Counted from the stretch's first letter, positions 24,816 to 35,702 are shown. The stretch is 64,000 nucleotides of DNA from Candidatus Omnitrophota bacterium (GCA_043809145.1 JAZDED010000014.1:1695-65694), one strand, 5' to 3'. A program made the numbers and translations. The notes: generated from the sequence alone by a model not told the origin.

Positions 24816-27302
24816 TTATTTATTATTCCGATTAATAAAATCTATCCTCTCTTGAGCATAAGCACTTTCCTCAACCCCCATTTGATCAATTCTCCTATAG
24901 ACCTTGATTGCTAAACCAAAATCTTCCCTCTCTTCGTAAATCCTTGCCGCTCTTAACAAAGCCCTGGTAACGATATTAATATCATCGGGATAAATAGATG
25001 CGAACTTTAGAAATTCATCTAAAGCTTCATTTGTCTTACCAGCCGCTTCATAAGTTTCAGCGAGTTTAAAATTAAGACTTGGCTTCTGAACAGGCAGAGC
25101 GCACTCTAAGCCTTTTTTATAATAATCCAAGGCTTGTTGGTAATCGGATTTAAGAAAATATAAACTCGCCAGCTTAGGATAAATTACGCCTTTGGAATCC
25201 GGATAATCCAATATTGACTTATTATACACCTCAATAGCCAAATCCACCTTATCTTGTTTAAGGTATTGATCAGCTATTGCCAAAGTCGCTCTTTGTTTCA
25301 ATTCTCTTCCGCCAATTTCTATAGCCTTGTTCAAGAAAACATAACCATCCTGAAATTTGGCCTCCTGTGAAGAAATAAGGCCTAATACATAGTATGCTTC
25401 AGGCGCGAGAGGATCATCAGGAAAATCCTTTATCAGAGAATTAAAATACCTCTTTGACAGAGATAAGTCGTTATGGCAAGAATAGTATTCTCCCAGCCAC
25501 CAGATAACCTGGGGCAGAATCCGAGAAGCAGGATATTTAGATCGAAGAGAATTAAACCTAAAGAGAGCCTCTTTCTCATCGCCCAGCTGGTAATAAGATT
25601 CGGCGATTTCGTATTCGGCCTTTTGAATCAAATCTGTTCCTGCTTTTTCCATAGCCAGGATACTATTAAAAACCTCTATAGCTTGATTGAATTCACCTTG
25701 ATTGTATAAACATTTACCTATAATATATATTGCTTTGGACCTCAAATCAGACTCTGTTAAAAAGCCTTTACTGAGCTCACCCAAAACTTTAGCAGCCTGG
25801 GTATAATCCTTCTTCTCAAAATAGCATAATCCCAAAGAATACAGGGCCTCTGCCTTTAATTTAGACCCAGGGAAATCCTTAGCGAAATTAGAAAAGTTCG
25901 CTATGGCCTCGGAGTATTGAACGTTCTTTATCTGGGCCGCACCAAGCTGATAACGCACGTAGTCATTATAGTAATTGCCGGGATATTCCTTTAAAATTAA
26001 GTTATAGTAGTCTTCGGCTTTAGGGTAGTCAGCGAGTTCTAGATAATTTTCAGCTATATTAAACAAAGCATCCAGCCTCAAAGCCGAATCGTTAGTTACT
26101 GACAATCCCTCCTGAAATTCTTTAATCGCTTCCTGAATCTTGCCCGCTTTCAAGAATGCCGCGCCAAGGCCAAAACGCACCCTCTGCATAGATTCTCTGG
26201 AAATAGCCAAAGAATCAGATTTTGCCAAAATTAATTGATAAGTTTTAATCGCTTCCTGGTATTCTGATGATTCAGTAAAACTTTGCGCCTGCCCCAGATA
26301 TGCCTGCGTCAATACTTCCGGATCTTGAGAAACCTTCAATATTTCTTTATAGGTATCTTTAAGCTCAGAGATTTTCTTAATCTCAAAATAGAGCGCGGCC
26401 CTGCCCAACAACAAACTATCCCTAGCTGTATTATCTAAGCTGGATTGTCTAATCCCTAAAAATGCCTCTTCGGCCTGCATATACTGCTTAAGTTTTAAAT
26501 ATGCCCAAGCCCTGCCAATCTTAGCCAAAGATTGCATCTTTTCATCAGGCGCGCTTATTACCACCTCCGAATATTCAGCTATTGCCCTATTGAAATCATT
26601 AAGATAATAGTCTGCCTCACCAAGGTAAAAATAGAGGTATGTTCTTTTCGCAATATCGTCAGGATAAACACTTAAGTACTCGCCGATCCTGGTTTTAAGC
26701 AGGATAAAATCCTTTAAATTATATAAAGACTCAATTATTTTAAAAAAAGCATCTTGTGAAACAATACGCTCATTGCTGCCTCTAGCCCGCTCAAAATTTA
26801 CGATGGCCTCGGCGTAGCGTGCCTGTTGATATAAACACCATCCTAATGAATAATAGGCATTCGCCAGATAAAGCGAATCTGGATATTCGTCAATAACCCT
26901 CTTATAAAACTCAGCGGCCTTGATGAAATTATTCCCTTTAACGTATACCTCGGCAATCCAATAGAGAACCGCATCTCTAATATTAGAAGCTAAAGAATCA
27001 TCAAGAAGTTGCTCAAGAAATTTAAGAGAATCAAAAAACTTGCTTTGATAATAGTAACATTGGGCAATTAGAAGCCTGGCAGTATTATACTGGCTAGAAC
27101 CCGGATAGTTCTTTAAAAAACGTTCTAATAATGAAATTGCTAATTCATGGAAGCCGTCATCAAATGCCTTTTGTGCCACAAAAAATGATTCTTCCTCTTT
27201 TCCGGAAGATTGCCCATAAACTGCAATATCAAAACAACCTAAGACAAGCAATGCTACTATTATAAATGATACTACGGGCTTAATATTTTTTCTTAATAAC
27301 AT
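24816..27302 (-). CDS. secreted tetratricopeptide-repeat protein (YbgF/CpoB-like repeats)
   Basis: 828 aa with a signal peptide and more than 15 TPR-like units (recurring A..Y..g.cy...y..A pattern). Confidence 0.75.
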   Translation of the reverse strand: MLLRKNIKPVVSFIIVALLVLGCFDIAVYGQSSGKEEESFFVAQKAFDDGFHELAISLLERFLKNYPGSSQYNTARLLIAQCYYYQSKFFDSLKFLEQLLDDSLASNIRDAVLYWIAEVYVKGNNFIKAAEFYKRVIDEYPDSLYLANAYYSLGWCLYQQARYAEAIVNFERARGSNERIVSQDAFFKIIESLYNLKDFILLKTRIGEYLSVYPDDIAKRTYLYFYLGEADYYLNDFNRAIAEYSEVVISAPDEKMQSLAKIGRAWAYLKLKQYMQAEEAFLGIRQSSLDNTARDSLLLGRAALYFEIKKISELKDTYKEILKVSQDPEVLTQAYLGQAQSFTESSEYQEAIKTYQLILAKSDSLAISRESMQRVRFGLGAAFLKAGKIQEAIKEFQEGLSVTNDSALRLDALFNIAENYLELADYPKAEDYYNLILKEYPGNYYNDYVRYQLGAAQIKNVQYSEAIANFSNFAKDFPGSKLKAEALYSLGLCYFEKKDYTQAAKVLGELSKGFLTESDLRSKAIYIIGKCLYNQGEFNQAIEVFNSILAMEKAGTDLIQKAEYEIAESYYQLGDEKEALFRFNSLRSKYPASRILPQVIWWLGEYYSCHNDLSLSKRYFNSLIKDFPDDPLAPEAYYVLGLISSQEAKFQDGYVFLNKAIEIGGRELKQRATLAIADQYLKQDKVDLAIEVYNKSILDYPDSKGVIYPKLASLYFLKSDYQQALDYYKKGLECALPVQKPSLNFKLAETYEAAGKTNEALDEFLKFASIYPDDINIVTRALLRAARIYEEREDFGLAIKVYRRIDQMGVEESAYAQERIDFINRNNK

Positions 27303-27316
27303 GATTTATATAGTCT

Positions 27317-30142
27317 TTAGCCAATAATTCTCTTAAGCGAGAGCGAGGTATAGCCTTTACCTGCGCCAACCAATTCCTCAGGGCTGCCTGCCCCAATAAC
27401 CTGGCCGCCTTCATCTCCGCCTTCGGGACCTAAATCAACCACATAGTCTGCGCATTTAACGACTTCCATATTATGTTCAACTACTATCACGGTATTGGAT
27501 TTGTCAGTTAGTCTTTGAAGAACTGCAAGCAGTTTCTCCACATCGGCAAAATGTAGTCCCGTAGTAGGCTCATCTAAAATATAAAGTGTTCTTCCGGTGG
27601 AACGACGGCTTAATTCTGCTGAAAGCTTCAATCTTTGCGCTTCCCCTCCGGAAAGAGTAGTAGCCGATTGGCCCAATTGAATATATCCCAGCCCTACCTC
27701 CTGAAGAGTCGCTAAAATCACCCTAACCCTGGGAATATTTTCAAAAAGGCCAAGCGCTTCCTCTACTGTCATATCCAGGATATCGGCAATGGATTTACCC
27801 TTATATTTAATCTCCAGTGTAGCATCATTAAAACGCTTCCCCTTACAAACATCGCACTTTACATAAATATCCGGTAAGAAATGCATCTCTATTTTTTTTA
27901 TTCCGTCACCCTGGCAGGCCTCGCATCTACCACCCTTAACATTAAAAGAAAACCTTCCCGCCCTATAGCCCCGCATCTTGGAGTCAGGCAAAAAAGAAAA
28001 AATATCGCGGATATAACTTAAAACTCCCGTGTAAGTAGACGGATTTGAGCGAGGAGTCCTTCCGATTGGAGACTGATCAACCATAATCAACTTATCAATA
28101 TTCTCTATACCAGTAATCCTTTTATGTAATCCGGGCTTCTCCTTTGTTTTATACAACTGCCTGGTTACCCCCCGGAATAATATATCATTAACAAGTGTGG
28201 ATTTTCCTGAACCCGAAACTCCGGTAACACAGATAAAAACCCCCAGAGGAAATTTAACATCGATGACTTTAAGATTATGTTCCCGGGCGCCTTTAATTTC
28301 AATGGACTTAACATTCTTCCACGGCCTTCGCGCCTCGGGTAAACCAATCATTAATTCCCTTCTCAAATATTTTGCCGTAAGAGACGCTCGGTCTTTAAGT
28401 AGGTCAATTTTATTTCCGGCAAAGATAACTTTTCCACCATGCCTGCCTGCCCCAGGCCCCAGGTCTATTATGTAATCCGCAGACCGTATTACCGACTCAT
28501 CGTGCTCTACAATAATCAGGGTATTACCCAAGTCCCTCAAAACGTTAAGAGTAGCTATCAACCTGGATGTATCCCTAGGATGCAAACCTATGCTCGGTTC
28601 ATCAAGTATATATAAAACCCCGACTAATCCCGAACCAACCTGTGTTGCCAAACGCACCCTTTGCGCCTCACCCCCTGAAAGCGAATTACTTTTTCTTTCT
28701 AAACTCAAATACCCCAGGCCAACATCAATACAAAACTGCAATCTTTGAATAACCTCTTTTAATACCTGGCGGCTGATTGTTCTTTCTAAGTCATTTAATT
28801 TAATATTCTTAAAAAAAGACTGGGCCTGTTGAATAGACATTCGGGTGACCTGCCAGATATTTTTTTCATTAATGGTAATAGACAAGCTCTCCTTCTTAAG
28901 CCTTGCGCCAAGGCAGACAGGGCAAGGCATACTGGACATAAAGCGGGAGATCTCTTCCTTTAAATAATCACTCTTGGTTTCTTTAAATATCCTCTCTAGA
29001 TGAGGAATAATTCCTTCGAAAGGCTTGTTTCCGGCATAATCAGCGCATCCGTAAAGTATTGCCTTTTGATCATCTTTACCCAATTTATTAAATGCTAGGT
29101 CCAGGCTAAAATCCCTTACGCGAGCCACCTCGCGGATAAGCCAGCGGTAATAAAGGATATACCCCTTACCTCCTCTTTTCCAGGCTTCGATCGCGCCCTG
29201 GTTAATGGATTTATTCTTATCAGGAATAACCAGTTCCGGGTCAAATTCCAGTTTTATGCCCAACCCATGGCAGTCAGGGCACGCCCCGTATGGAGAATTA
29301 AAAGAAAATAGGCGTGGCTGGACTTCGGGTATATTCACCTGGCATTTAGAGCAGGCGTATTGTTCGCTAAATATTAGTTCAGTTGATTTACCGGAAGTAA
29401 ATTTTAAACCGCCATCTTTAGGAATCCTCTCACCCGTAGAAACAATAACTATTCCCTTACCGACCTTAAGAGCAGTTTCTACTGAATCCACCAAACGATT
29501 TTTGCTCTCACTTTTAATTACCAGCCTATCGACAAGAACCTCAATATCATGCAGTTTATACTTCTGAAGTTTAATTTCTGCAGGAAGCTCATAGATATTT
29601 CCGTCAACACGACAACGCGTAAAACCGGACTTATGAATTTGAGACAAGATCTTCTGGTATTCGCCCTTTTTGCCTCTAATAATCGGCGCCAATATGTGCA
29701 CTGATTTTGCGGAATATGAAAAAAATATTTTATCTACGATCTCCTGCGAACTCTGGCGTTGAATTGGCAAGGCACACTTATAACAGCGCAAATACCCAAT
29801 CCTGGCAAAAAGAAGCCTTAGGTAATCGTATATCTCTGTCTGGGTGCCCACAGTAGAACGGGGGTTACCGCTGGCATTTCTCTGTTCGATGGAAATAGCC
29901 GGGGATAGCCCTTCAATATATTCCACGTCAGGTTTTTGCAGCTGCTCTAAGAATTGGCGGGCGTAGCTGGAGAGGCTCTCTACATAACGGCGCTGGCCTT
30001 CGGCATAAATGGTATCAAAGGCCAAAGAAGATTTACCCGAACCCGAAAGCCCGGTTATAACGATAAGTTTATTCCGAGGCAAGACCAAATCAATATTCTT
30101 TAAATTATGCTCTCGCGCCCCTTTTATAACAATATTATCCAT
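27317..30142 (-). CDS. uvrA: excinuclease ABC subunit A
   Basis: 941 aa starting [19 protein letters not shown]. Two ABC modules ([12 protein letters not shown]; [11 protein letters not shown]), LSGGE signatures and zinc-finger Cys clusters. Confidence 0.97.
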   Translation of the reverse strand: MDNIVIKGAREHNLKNIDLVLPRNKLIVITGLSGSGKSSLAFDTIYAEGQRRYVESLSSYARQFLEQLQKPDVEYIEGLSPAISIEQRNASGNPRSTVGTQTEIYDYLRLLFARIGYLRCYKCALPIQRQSSQEIVDKIFFSYSAKSVHILAPIIRGKKGEYQKILSQIHKSGFTRCRVDGNIYELPAEIKLQKYKLHDIEVLVDRLVIKSESKNRLVDSVETALKVGKGIVIVSTGERIPKDGGLKFTSGKSTELIFSEQYACSKCQVNIPEVQPRLFSFNSPYGACPDCHGLGIKLEFDPELVIPDKNKSINQGAIEAWKRGGKGYILYYRWLIREVARVRDFSLDLAFNKLGKDDQKAILYGCADYAGNKPFEGIIPHLERIFKETKSDYLKEEISRFMSSMPCPVCLGARLKKESLSITINEKNIWQVTRMSIQQAQSFFKNIKLNDLERTISRQVLKEVIQRLQFCIDVGLGYLSLERKSNSLSGGEAQRVRLATQVGSGLVGVLYILDEPSIGLHPRDTSRLIATLNVLRDLGNTLIIVEHDESVIRSADYIIDLGPGAGRHGGKVIFAGNKIDLLKDRASLTAKYLRRELMIGLPEARRPWKNVKSIEIKGAREHNLKVIDVKFPLGVFICVTGVSGSGKSTLVNDILFRGVTRQLYKTKEKPGLHKRITGIENIDKLIMVDQSPIGRTPRSNPSTYTGVLSYIRDIFSFLPDSKMRGYRAGRFSFNVKGGRCEACQGDGIKKIEMHFLPDIYVKCDVCKGKRFNDATLEIKYKGKSIADILDMTVEEALGLFENIPRVRVILATLQEVGLGYIQLGQSATTLSGGEAQRLKLSAELSRRSTGRTLYILDEPTTGLHFADVEKLLAVLQRLTDKSNTVIVVEHNMEVVKCADYVVDLGPEGGDEGGQVIGAGSPEELVGAGKGYTSLSLKRIIG

Positions 30143-30177
30143 AACTTACTCTTGGAAAAGTTTACTACCTATTTAAT

Positions 30178-30229
30178 AAAGAAACCCCTGCAAAGAATAC
30201 ATAATTTTTCTATTTACAGGGGTTTCTTT
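30178..30229 (-). terminator. 13-bp perfect inverted repeat (possible terminator) between the 84-aa gene and uvrA
   Basis: AAAGAAACCCCTG ...26 nt... CAGGGGTTTCTTT, with a T-rich 3' side on the minus strand. Confidence 0.4.
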
Positions 30230-30242
30230 ATCTTCTGGCAGC

Positions 30243-30497
30243 TTATTTCTTCTTCTTCTTCTTTCCGCCCCTCACCATCTTGGCGCAAGAAACATCACCT
30301 TGCTTGTCAATGAAATAAAGGTAACCTTCTTTTCTCTTAATGCCGCATTTGGTTACCTTCTTGGGTTTACCTCCCTTTTGTTTACCCCTGGCCATCTTGG
30401 CGCAAGAAACATCACCTTGTTTATCCAGATAGTAGAGAAAACCCTTTTCTCTTTTGATTCCTACTTTTTCTACCTTCTGTCCCATAATTTGATTCAC
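30243..30497 (-). CDS. small lysine-rich protein made of two tandem ~39-aa repeats, function unknown
   Basis: 84 aa: VGIKREKGFLYYLDKQGDVSCAKMARG / CGIKRKEGYLYFIDKQGDVSCAKMVRG, ending in a KKKKKK tail. A 27-nt identical DNA core occurs at 30276..30302 and 30393..30419. SD AAAGGAGGTGA. Confidence 0.6.
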   Translation of the reverse strand: MNQIMGQKVEKVGIKREKGFLYYLDKQGDVSCAKMARGKQKGGKPKKVTKCGIKRKEGYLYFIDKQGDVSCAKMVRGGKKKKKK

Positions 30498-30609
30498 CTC
30501 CTTTCGACTCTTATTTATATTATACCTGGTTTTCTATTACAACCCCAGTGTATTTTTTACTTAATATAATAATCCGTATTCATATTCGGCGCGCGGGCTT
30601 TTATTACAG

Positions 30610-31434
30610 CTAGGTCCCGATTTTTGTATTACTCAAGATCTGTTTCAGACAAGCTGCGGCCGATAAAACCGCCAGATAACTAGTCTTGGGATTATCAGGA
30701 TGCAATATATTTTCCGTACGCGTATAAATACTCCCTGCTTTAGCAATTATTCTTACCTCATGAATATTCCTTCTAACCAAACTGGAAGCAATTATCTTAA
30801 TTTTGGTCTTCTCGCAACCTATCCCAGCCAAGCTTAATACCGCAGCAACATTAATATTCTGTGGAAAATATTTCACCGCTTCCTTGGCGCTTCCGGAGAA
30901 CAATACCTTCTCCCCTCTAATCTTTTCCAGTTCAATTTTCCTTGATTCCAAATAAGCAACTCCTTTAAATGACAGAGGGTTCTTGTAGGTGGTAAGAGTA
31001 ACACTCTTAATCTGCCCTAAAACAGCAGCCTTTAGAGCATCAATACCAGAAATAGCTCCGCTGGGTATATAAATTCTGGCACGCCGGCGCTTAGCCAAGC
31101 GGTTTAATTCCTGGAAATTATCCAATACTCCACCTACGCTCATAAGCATGACATCGCGCCCTTGTTTTAGGCATTCCCAGGCTATTTTAAATGAATCCTT
31201 CCTCCTGGTGGCCTCAACAATCAAATCTGAACGCTTAATCAAGGCTTTAAGATTACTTACGGCTAGCTTATTACTTTTGCCAATAGAATACGATAAACCT
31301 CTCATCTTATTGCTATCCGCATCCAAGAAACCGGACAAGAGGGCTTGTTTTTTAAAATCGCTGGCTATAGTTTTCGCTAACGATGATCCTATAGCCCCAC
31401 AGCCAACAATACCTATTTTTAACTTTCTATACAT
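30610..31434 (-). CDS. nadX: L-aspartate dehydrogenase
   Basis: 274 aa. IGIVGCGAIGS NAD(P) motif, plus IPSGAISGIDALKA, FPQNINVAAV, NIHEVRI and DNPKTSYLA, which parallel Thermotoga NadX blocks. Confidence 0.8.
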   Translation of the reverse strand: MYRKLKIGIVGCGAIGSSLAKTIASDFKKQALLSGFLDADSNKMRGLSYSIGKSNKLAVSNLKALIKRSDLIVEATRRKDSFKIAWECLKQGRDVMLMSVGGVLDNFQELNRLAKRRRARIYIPSGAISGIDALKAAVLGQIKSVTLTTYKNPLSFKGVAYLESRKIELEKIRGEKVLFSGSAKEAVKYFPQNINVAAVLSLAGIGCEKTKIKIIASSLVRRNIHEVRIIAKAGSIYTRTENILHPDNPKTSYLAVLSAAACLKQILSNTKIGT

Positions 31435-31467
31435 AAATCTTTACCTTTACCTTTACTATATACCATA

Positions 31468-32307
31468 TTACGCATTTACTACGATGTTATCAATCAACCT
31501 CACTCTTCCCAAGAAAGCTGAAAGAGCAATCAAAACCCTGCCTTTGGCCTTTTTTACTGGCTGTAAGTTACGGTTATCTACAAATGCGATATACTGCACT
31601 CTGGCATTCCTGCCAATAACATCAATCATTGCTCTTCTGATATAAGAAAGGTTTCTCTCTTTCGCTTTAATCAAATTAGCGGCGCAAACTAATGCCTGGT
31701 ATAACACTGCAGCGCTTTTTCTTTGTTTGCTATTCAAATACACGTTGCGTGAACTTACTGCCAGGCCGTCTTTTTCGCGTACCGTAGGCATTACCTTAAT
31801 TTTAACCGGAATATTTAAGTCTTCAACCATCTTCTTGATAATTACCGCCTGCTGAGCATCCTTCTGCCCGAAATAAACCTTATCCGGTTGAATAATATTC
31901 AAAAGCTTGGTTACTATTGTTGCAACACCCTGGAAATGGCCGGGGCGGAACTCGCCGCATAAAGAATCGCCTAATCCTGCAACCTTGATAAAAGTTTTAT
32001 GGCCTTTTCTATAGATATCTTGCGCAGAGGGATAAAACAGAAAATCGACCCCATTTTTCCGGCACAACCGGGAATCATTTCTAAAATTACGAGGGTATTG
32101 GGTGTAATCTTCCTGAGGCCCAAATTGGATAGGATTAACAAAAATGCTGGTTACCACAAGGTCATTTTCAATTCTTGCCCTGTTTATAAGGCTAATGTGG
32201 CCATGGTGAAGCGCGCCCATAGTAGGGACAAATCCAATACTTTTTTCATTTCTTCTTACGCTAAACAAAAGCCTGCGTATTGAGTGTAGAGAATGGATAA
32301 TCTTCAT
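31468..32307 (-). CDS. panC: pantoate--beta-alanine ligase
   Basis: 279 aa. GFVPTMGALHHGHISL (HIGH-type) and the remaining PanC blocks. Confidence 0.93.
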   Translation of the reverse strand: MKIIHSLHSIRRLLFSVRRNEKSIGFVPTMGALHHGHISLINRARIENDLVVTSIFVNPIQFGPQEDYTQYPRNFRNDSRLCRKNGVDFLFYPSAQDIYRKGHKTFIKVAGLGDSLCGEFRPGHFQGVATIVTKLLNIIQPDKVYFGQKDAQQAVIIKKMVEDLNIPVKIKVMPTVREKDGLAVSSRNVYLNSKQRKSAAVLYQALVCAANLIKAKERNLSYIRRAMIDVIGRNARVQYIAFVDNRNLQPVKKAKGRVLIALSAFLGRVRLIDNIVVNA

Positions 32308-32315
32308 AAAAAAAA

Positions 32316-32834
32316 TTAAATCTTTCCTTTTATTATCTTCTTCACCTTCAGAGTCGATCTCTTTGTTGACCTATTAACGCGCCTGGTATTTAAAGATTTT
32401 TCACGCGCCTGTTTAAGTAAACGCTCGACTAATTGAGGAGCAATCTGCCTGAGCGGACGCAATACGAATTCACGCTCTAAAATACGCGGAGGCGGTATGC
32501 ATAGGGCCTGCTCATCAAAAACTGCATCGGCATAAGTCAAAATGTCTAAATCTATTGTCCGCGGCCCGTTGACTACTGCGCGCACTCTCCCCAGGTTGGA
32601 TTCTATCTTCTGAAGTTCCTGTAAAAGCTGATATGGATTAAGCTCCGTTTCTATTTCAATTACACCGTTCAAATACATTCCCTGCGCAGGGCCGCCTTCA
32701 GGCAAGGATTCAATAATTTCTGATATTTTATTCACGCGCGTAAGAGGAAGAGATCTAATCTTTCTGATAGCAGCATTGATACAATTAAGACGATCGCCAA
32801 GGTTTGAGCCTATTCCTAAACAGCAAGTTACCAT
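32316..32834 (-). CDS. folK: 2-amino-4-hydroxy-6-hydroxymethyldihydropteridine diphosphokinase
   Basis: 172 aa. LGIGSNLGDR, GPRTIDLDIL and the PHP-like motif region, followed by a basic C-terminal tail. Confidence 0.88.
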   Translation of the reverse strand: MVTCCLGIGSNLGDRLNCINAAIRKIRSLPLTRVNKISEIIESLPEGGPAQGMYLNGVIEIETELNPYQLLQELQKIESNLGRVRAVVNGPRTIDLDILTYADAVFDEQALCIPPPRILEREFVLRPLRQIAPQLVERLLKQAREKSLNTRRVNRSTKRSTLKVKKIIKGKI

Positions 32835-33988
32835 ATCTTCTTTAGCCTCTGAATCGCTTCTTCAATCCTATCCCTTGATACGGTAAGGGCAAAACGAATA
32901 TAACCTTCGCCGTTCTTGCCAAAACCCACACCGGGAGTAGTTACAATATCCGCCTTTTTCAGCAACAAAGCGGAAAAATCAATTGATTTTATCTTACGTG
33001 GAATCTTCACCCAAAGATAAAATGTGGCCTTTGGACACCTTGGTTTCCAACCCAGGTTATTCAAGCCCTTAATAAGATAATCCCTGCGCTCCTGGTAAAT
33101 TCCGCACATCCGGCTAATATGCTTATCCGTATGTTTCAATGCGGCGATTCCGGCAAGTTGAATAGCGGAGAATATCCCGGAATCAATATTTGATTTTACT
33201 TTAGCCAAAGCCCCTACTAATTCTTTGTTACCACAGGCCCATCCAATACGCCATCCGGTCATATTACAGGTCTTGGATAATGAATGAAATTCTATACCCA
33301 CATCCTTAGCCCCTTCAACCTCAAAAAAGCTAGGCGGCTTGTATCCGTCATAACTCAACTCCGAATAAGCCAAGTCAGAAACCACGATAATATTGTTGCG
33401 CCGGGCAAATCTGACTAAATCCTGGTAAAACCCTAAGCTACAGGTAGCTGAGGTAGGATTATTGGGATAATTTACATAAATAACCTTGGCCTTCCTGCGC
33501 ACAGATAGAGGGATATTTTTTAAGTCTATAAGAAAATTATTCTCTTCCAATAACGGCAAGATATGAACCTTTCCACCAGCAAATATAGTACCACCCTTAT
33601 AAGGAGGATAACAGGGATCGGGAATCAAGGAATAATCTCCGGGATTGATAAAAGCCAATGGAAAATGCGCGATCCCCTCCTTAGAGCCGATCAAGGGTAA
33701 AATCTCAGTCCCGGTATCAAGCTTTACACCGAATCTTTTCTTATACCAGTCAGCGATTGCCTGGCGTAACCCAGGCATCCCCTGATCCAGGGCATAACGA
33801 TGATTGGACGGATCCCGCACTGCCTTATCTAATGCCTCGATGATATAGTCCGGGGTCGGCATATCCGGATCCCCTATCCCTAAATCAATGATATCCCTTC
33901 CTTCTGCGCGGGCTAATCTTTTGGCCTTATCCAATTCCAGAAATAAATACAGCGGCAATGCCTGTAATCTCTTTGTGAGTTTAAACAT
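32828..33988 (-). CDS. dapL: LL-diaminopimelate aminotransferase-type class I aminotransferase
   Basis: 386 aa. LPLYLFLELDK...IDLGIGDPDMPTP...SNHRY...GSKEGIAH...SLSKTCNMTGWRIGW (PLP lysine). Sits in the dapB-dapA-dapF-lysA block. Confidence 0.8.
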   Translation of the reverse strand: MFKLTKRLQALPLYLFLELDKAKRLARAEGRDIIDLGIGDPDMPTPDYIIEALDKAVRDPSNHRYALDQGMPGLRQAIADWYKKRFGVKLDTGTEILPLIGSKEGIAHFPLAFINPGDYSLIPDPCYPPYKGGTIFAGGKVHILPLLEENNFLIDLKNIPLSVRRKAKVIYVNYPNNPTSATCSLGFYQDLVRFARRNNIIVVSDLAYSELSYDGYKPPSFFEVEGAKDVGIEFHSLSKTCNMTGWRIGWACGNKELVGALAKVKSNIDSGIFSAIQLAGIAALKHTDKHISRMCGIYQERRDYLIKGLNNLGWKPRCPKATFYLWVKIPRKIKSIDFSALLLKKADIVTTPGVGFGKNGEGYIRFALTVSRDRIEEAIQRLKKIW

Positions 33989-34036
33989 ATTTCTAGAATA
34001 TCTCCTCTTCTTTGTTTTTCTCCTGCCTACCAGCTC

Positions 34037-34759
34037 CTAGCTACTATCTACTTTTAACACATCCTGCATTGAATACAACCCCGCGGGTTTATCAAAAACC
34101 CACTTGGCAGCTTTCAGGGCCCCTAAAGCAAAAAGGTCGCGGGTATGTGCCTGATGTTTTATTTCAATACGCTCAGAATTACCGCAAAAGATAATTGTGT
34201 GGTCTCCGATAATATCTCCCAGGCGAAGGGCATGCATGGGTATCTCTTTCTTAGCGGCTTCGCTTATTACTTGGGCTAGCTTTTTAGCTGTTCCCGAAGG
34301 CGCATCTTTTTTGAATTTGTGGTGCGCCTCAACTATTTCAATACTGTAATCCGGGCCTAATCTTTTAGTTATTTCAGGCAGGATAGAAAATAACACATTC
34401 ACCCCAACTGACATGTTGGGTGAAAAAACCACCGGCACTACCTTAGAGATCTCTTCAACCTTCTTTATCTGAGCCTCACTGAATCCGGTAGTTCCTAAAA
34501 CCAAAGCCTTTCTATACCTGGCTACATAATCCAGGTTAGCCTCACTTGCCTCCGGAGCGGTAAAATCAATGAATACATCCACCAGGAATAACCCGTCAGG
34601 GCTGGAAGATATCTTTAATTTCCCTAATTCTTTGCCTATCTCCGGTATTCCTTTTCTTTCCAGAGCTAAAGACACTTCAAAATCCTTATCATGCCTGGCC
34701 AGGCTCAGAATGCGCGAACCCATTTTGCCGCAGGCGCCAGCTATTCCTAATTTTATCAT
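34037..34759 (-). CDS. dapB: 4-hydroxy-tetrahydrodipicolinate reductase
   Basis: 240 aa. IKLGIAGACGKMGSRI; EAHHKFKKDAPSGTA signature. Confidence 0.93.
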   Translation of the reverse strand: MIKLGIAGACGKMGSRILSLARHDKDFEVSLALERKGIPEIGKELGKLKISSSPDGLFLVDVFIDFTAPEASEANLDYVARYRKALVLGTTGFSEAQIKKVEEISKVVPVVFSPNMSVGVNVLFSILPEITKRLGPDYSIEIVEAHHKFKKDAPSGTAKKLAQVISEAAKKEIPMHALRLGDIIGDHTIIFCGNSERIEIKHQAHTRDLFALGALKAAKWVFDKPAGLYSMQDVLKVDSS

Positions 34760-34793
34760 ACTTACCTCTCTATTAACCAGTTATACTTATTCC

Positions 34794-35702
34794 CTATTTC
34801 AACAACCCGTAATCCGTAAGCGCTTTTTTTAGTTTTTCTACATTTTCAGGCAGCATCCTAGACATCGGCAACCTCAAGTCAGGATGGCATAAACCCAGTA
34901 ACCCCATAGCTGTTTTAACCGGTATAGGATTAGTTTCAATAAACATAGCTTTTACCAAAGGCAATAATTTATAGTGCAGGGCCTGGGCTTTAGCAATATC
35001 GCCTTTAATAAAAGAGCTGACTAATTCCGCAGTATCTTTGGGAACTATATTTGCCACAACCGAAATTACGCCTGCTCCGCCGATAGATAGCGCAGGCAAA
35101 GTTAAGCCATCATCTCCGGATAATAAACTAAACTCTTGGGGACAAAGAGCTTTTATCCGGCTCATCTGCTCCAGGTTTCCCGAAGCTTCTTTTACGGCTA
35201 CGATATTCTTACAATCATGGGCCAGCTTAGCAATAGTCTCGGGTTCGATATTCACCCCGGTGCGAGAAGCGATATTATAGAGAATAATGGGGATCTCAAC
35301 CGAATCCGCAATCGCTTTAAAGTGTTCATAGAGCCCCTTTTGTGTCGGGCGGTTATAATAAGGAGCTACCTGCAAAGATGCGTCTGAGCCGGATTTTGCG
35401 GCATGCTGGGTAAGCATAATGGCTTCAGCAGTAGAATTCGAACCTGTACCTGCAATAACCGGAACTCTTTTCTTTACCTGATCGATAGTAATTTCAATAA
35501 CCCGGTTATGTTCTTGAAATGAAAGGGTGGCTGACTCCCCCGTAGTCCCGCAAGGCACGATTCCTGAGGTATTATTTTTGATCTGAAATTCGATCAACTC
35601 CCGTAACCTCAACTCGTCAAGAACAATCTCTTTTCCTCCGGAGGCGGATCCGCCTTTGGCGGAAAAAGGCGTAACAATAGCCACGATTGAACCTTTGAAC
35701 AT
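34794..35702 (-). CDS. dapA: 4-hydroxy-tetrahydrodipicolinate synthase
   Basis: Start placed at the ATG at 35702 (MFKGSIVAIVTPF), preceded by AGGAGG. The track ORF begins at an upstream TTG (35726). GTTGES, YNRP and KEASGN (Schiff-base Lys) are present. Confidence 0.93.
   Translation of the reverse strand: MFKGSIVAIVTPFSAKGGSASGGKEIVLDELRLRELIEFQIKNNTSGIVPCGTTGESATLSFQEHNRVIEITIDQVKKRVPVIAGTGSNSTAEAIMLTQHAAKSGSDASLQVAPYYNRPTQKGLYEHFKAIADSVEIPIILYNIASRTGVNIEPETIAKLAHDCKNIVAVKEASGNLEQMSRIKALCPQEFSLLSGDDGLTLPALSIGGAGVISVVANIVPKDTAELVSSFIKGDIAKAQALHYKLLPLVKAMFIETNPIPVKTAMGLLGLCHPDLRLPMSRMLPENVEKLKKALTDYGLLK

Noticed and set aside
31148-31645. Plus-strand ORFs in the supplied track, for example 31148..31645 (165 aa), 43133..43588, 43909..44358, 54144..54605, 2386..2736, 29205..29567 and all other + ORFs.
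   Set aside because: Each lies antisense to a well-supported, conserved minus-strand gene. They have low-complexity or hydrophobic composition typical of reverse-frame translation. They have no SD and no recognisable motifs.
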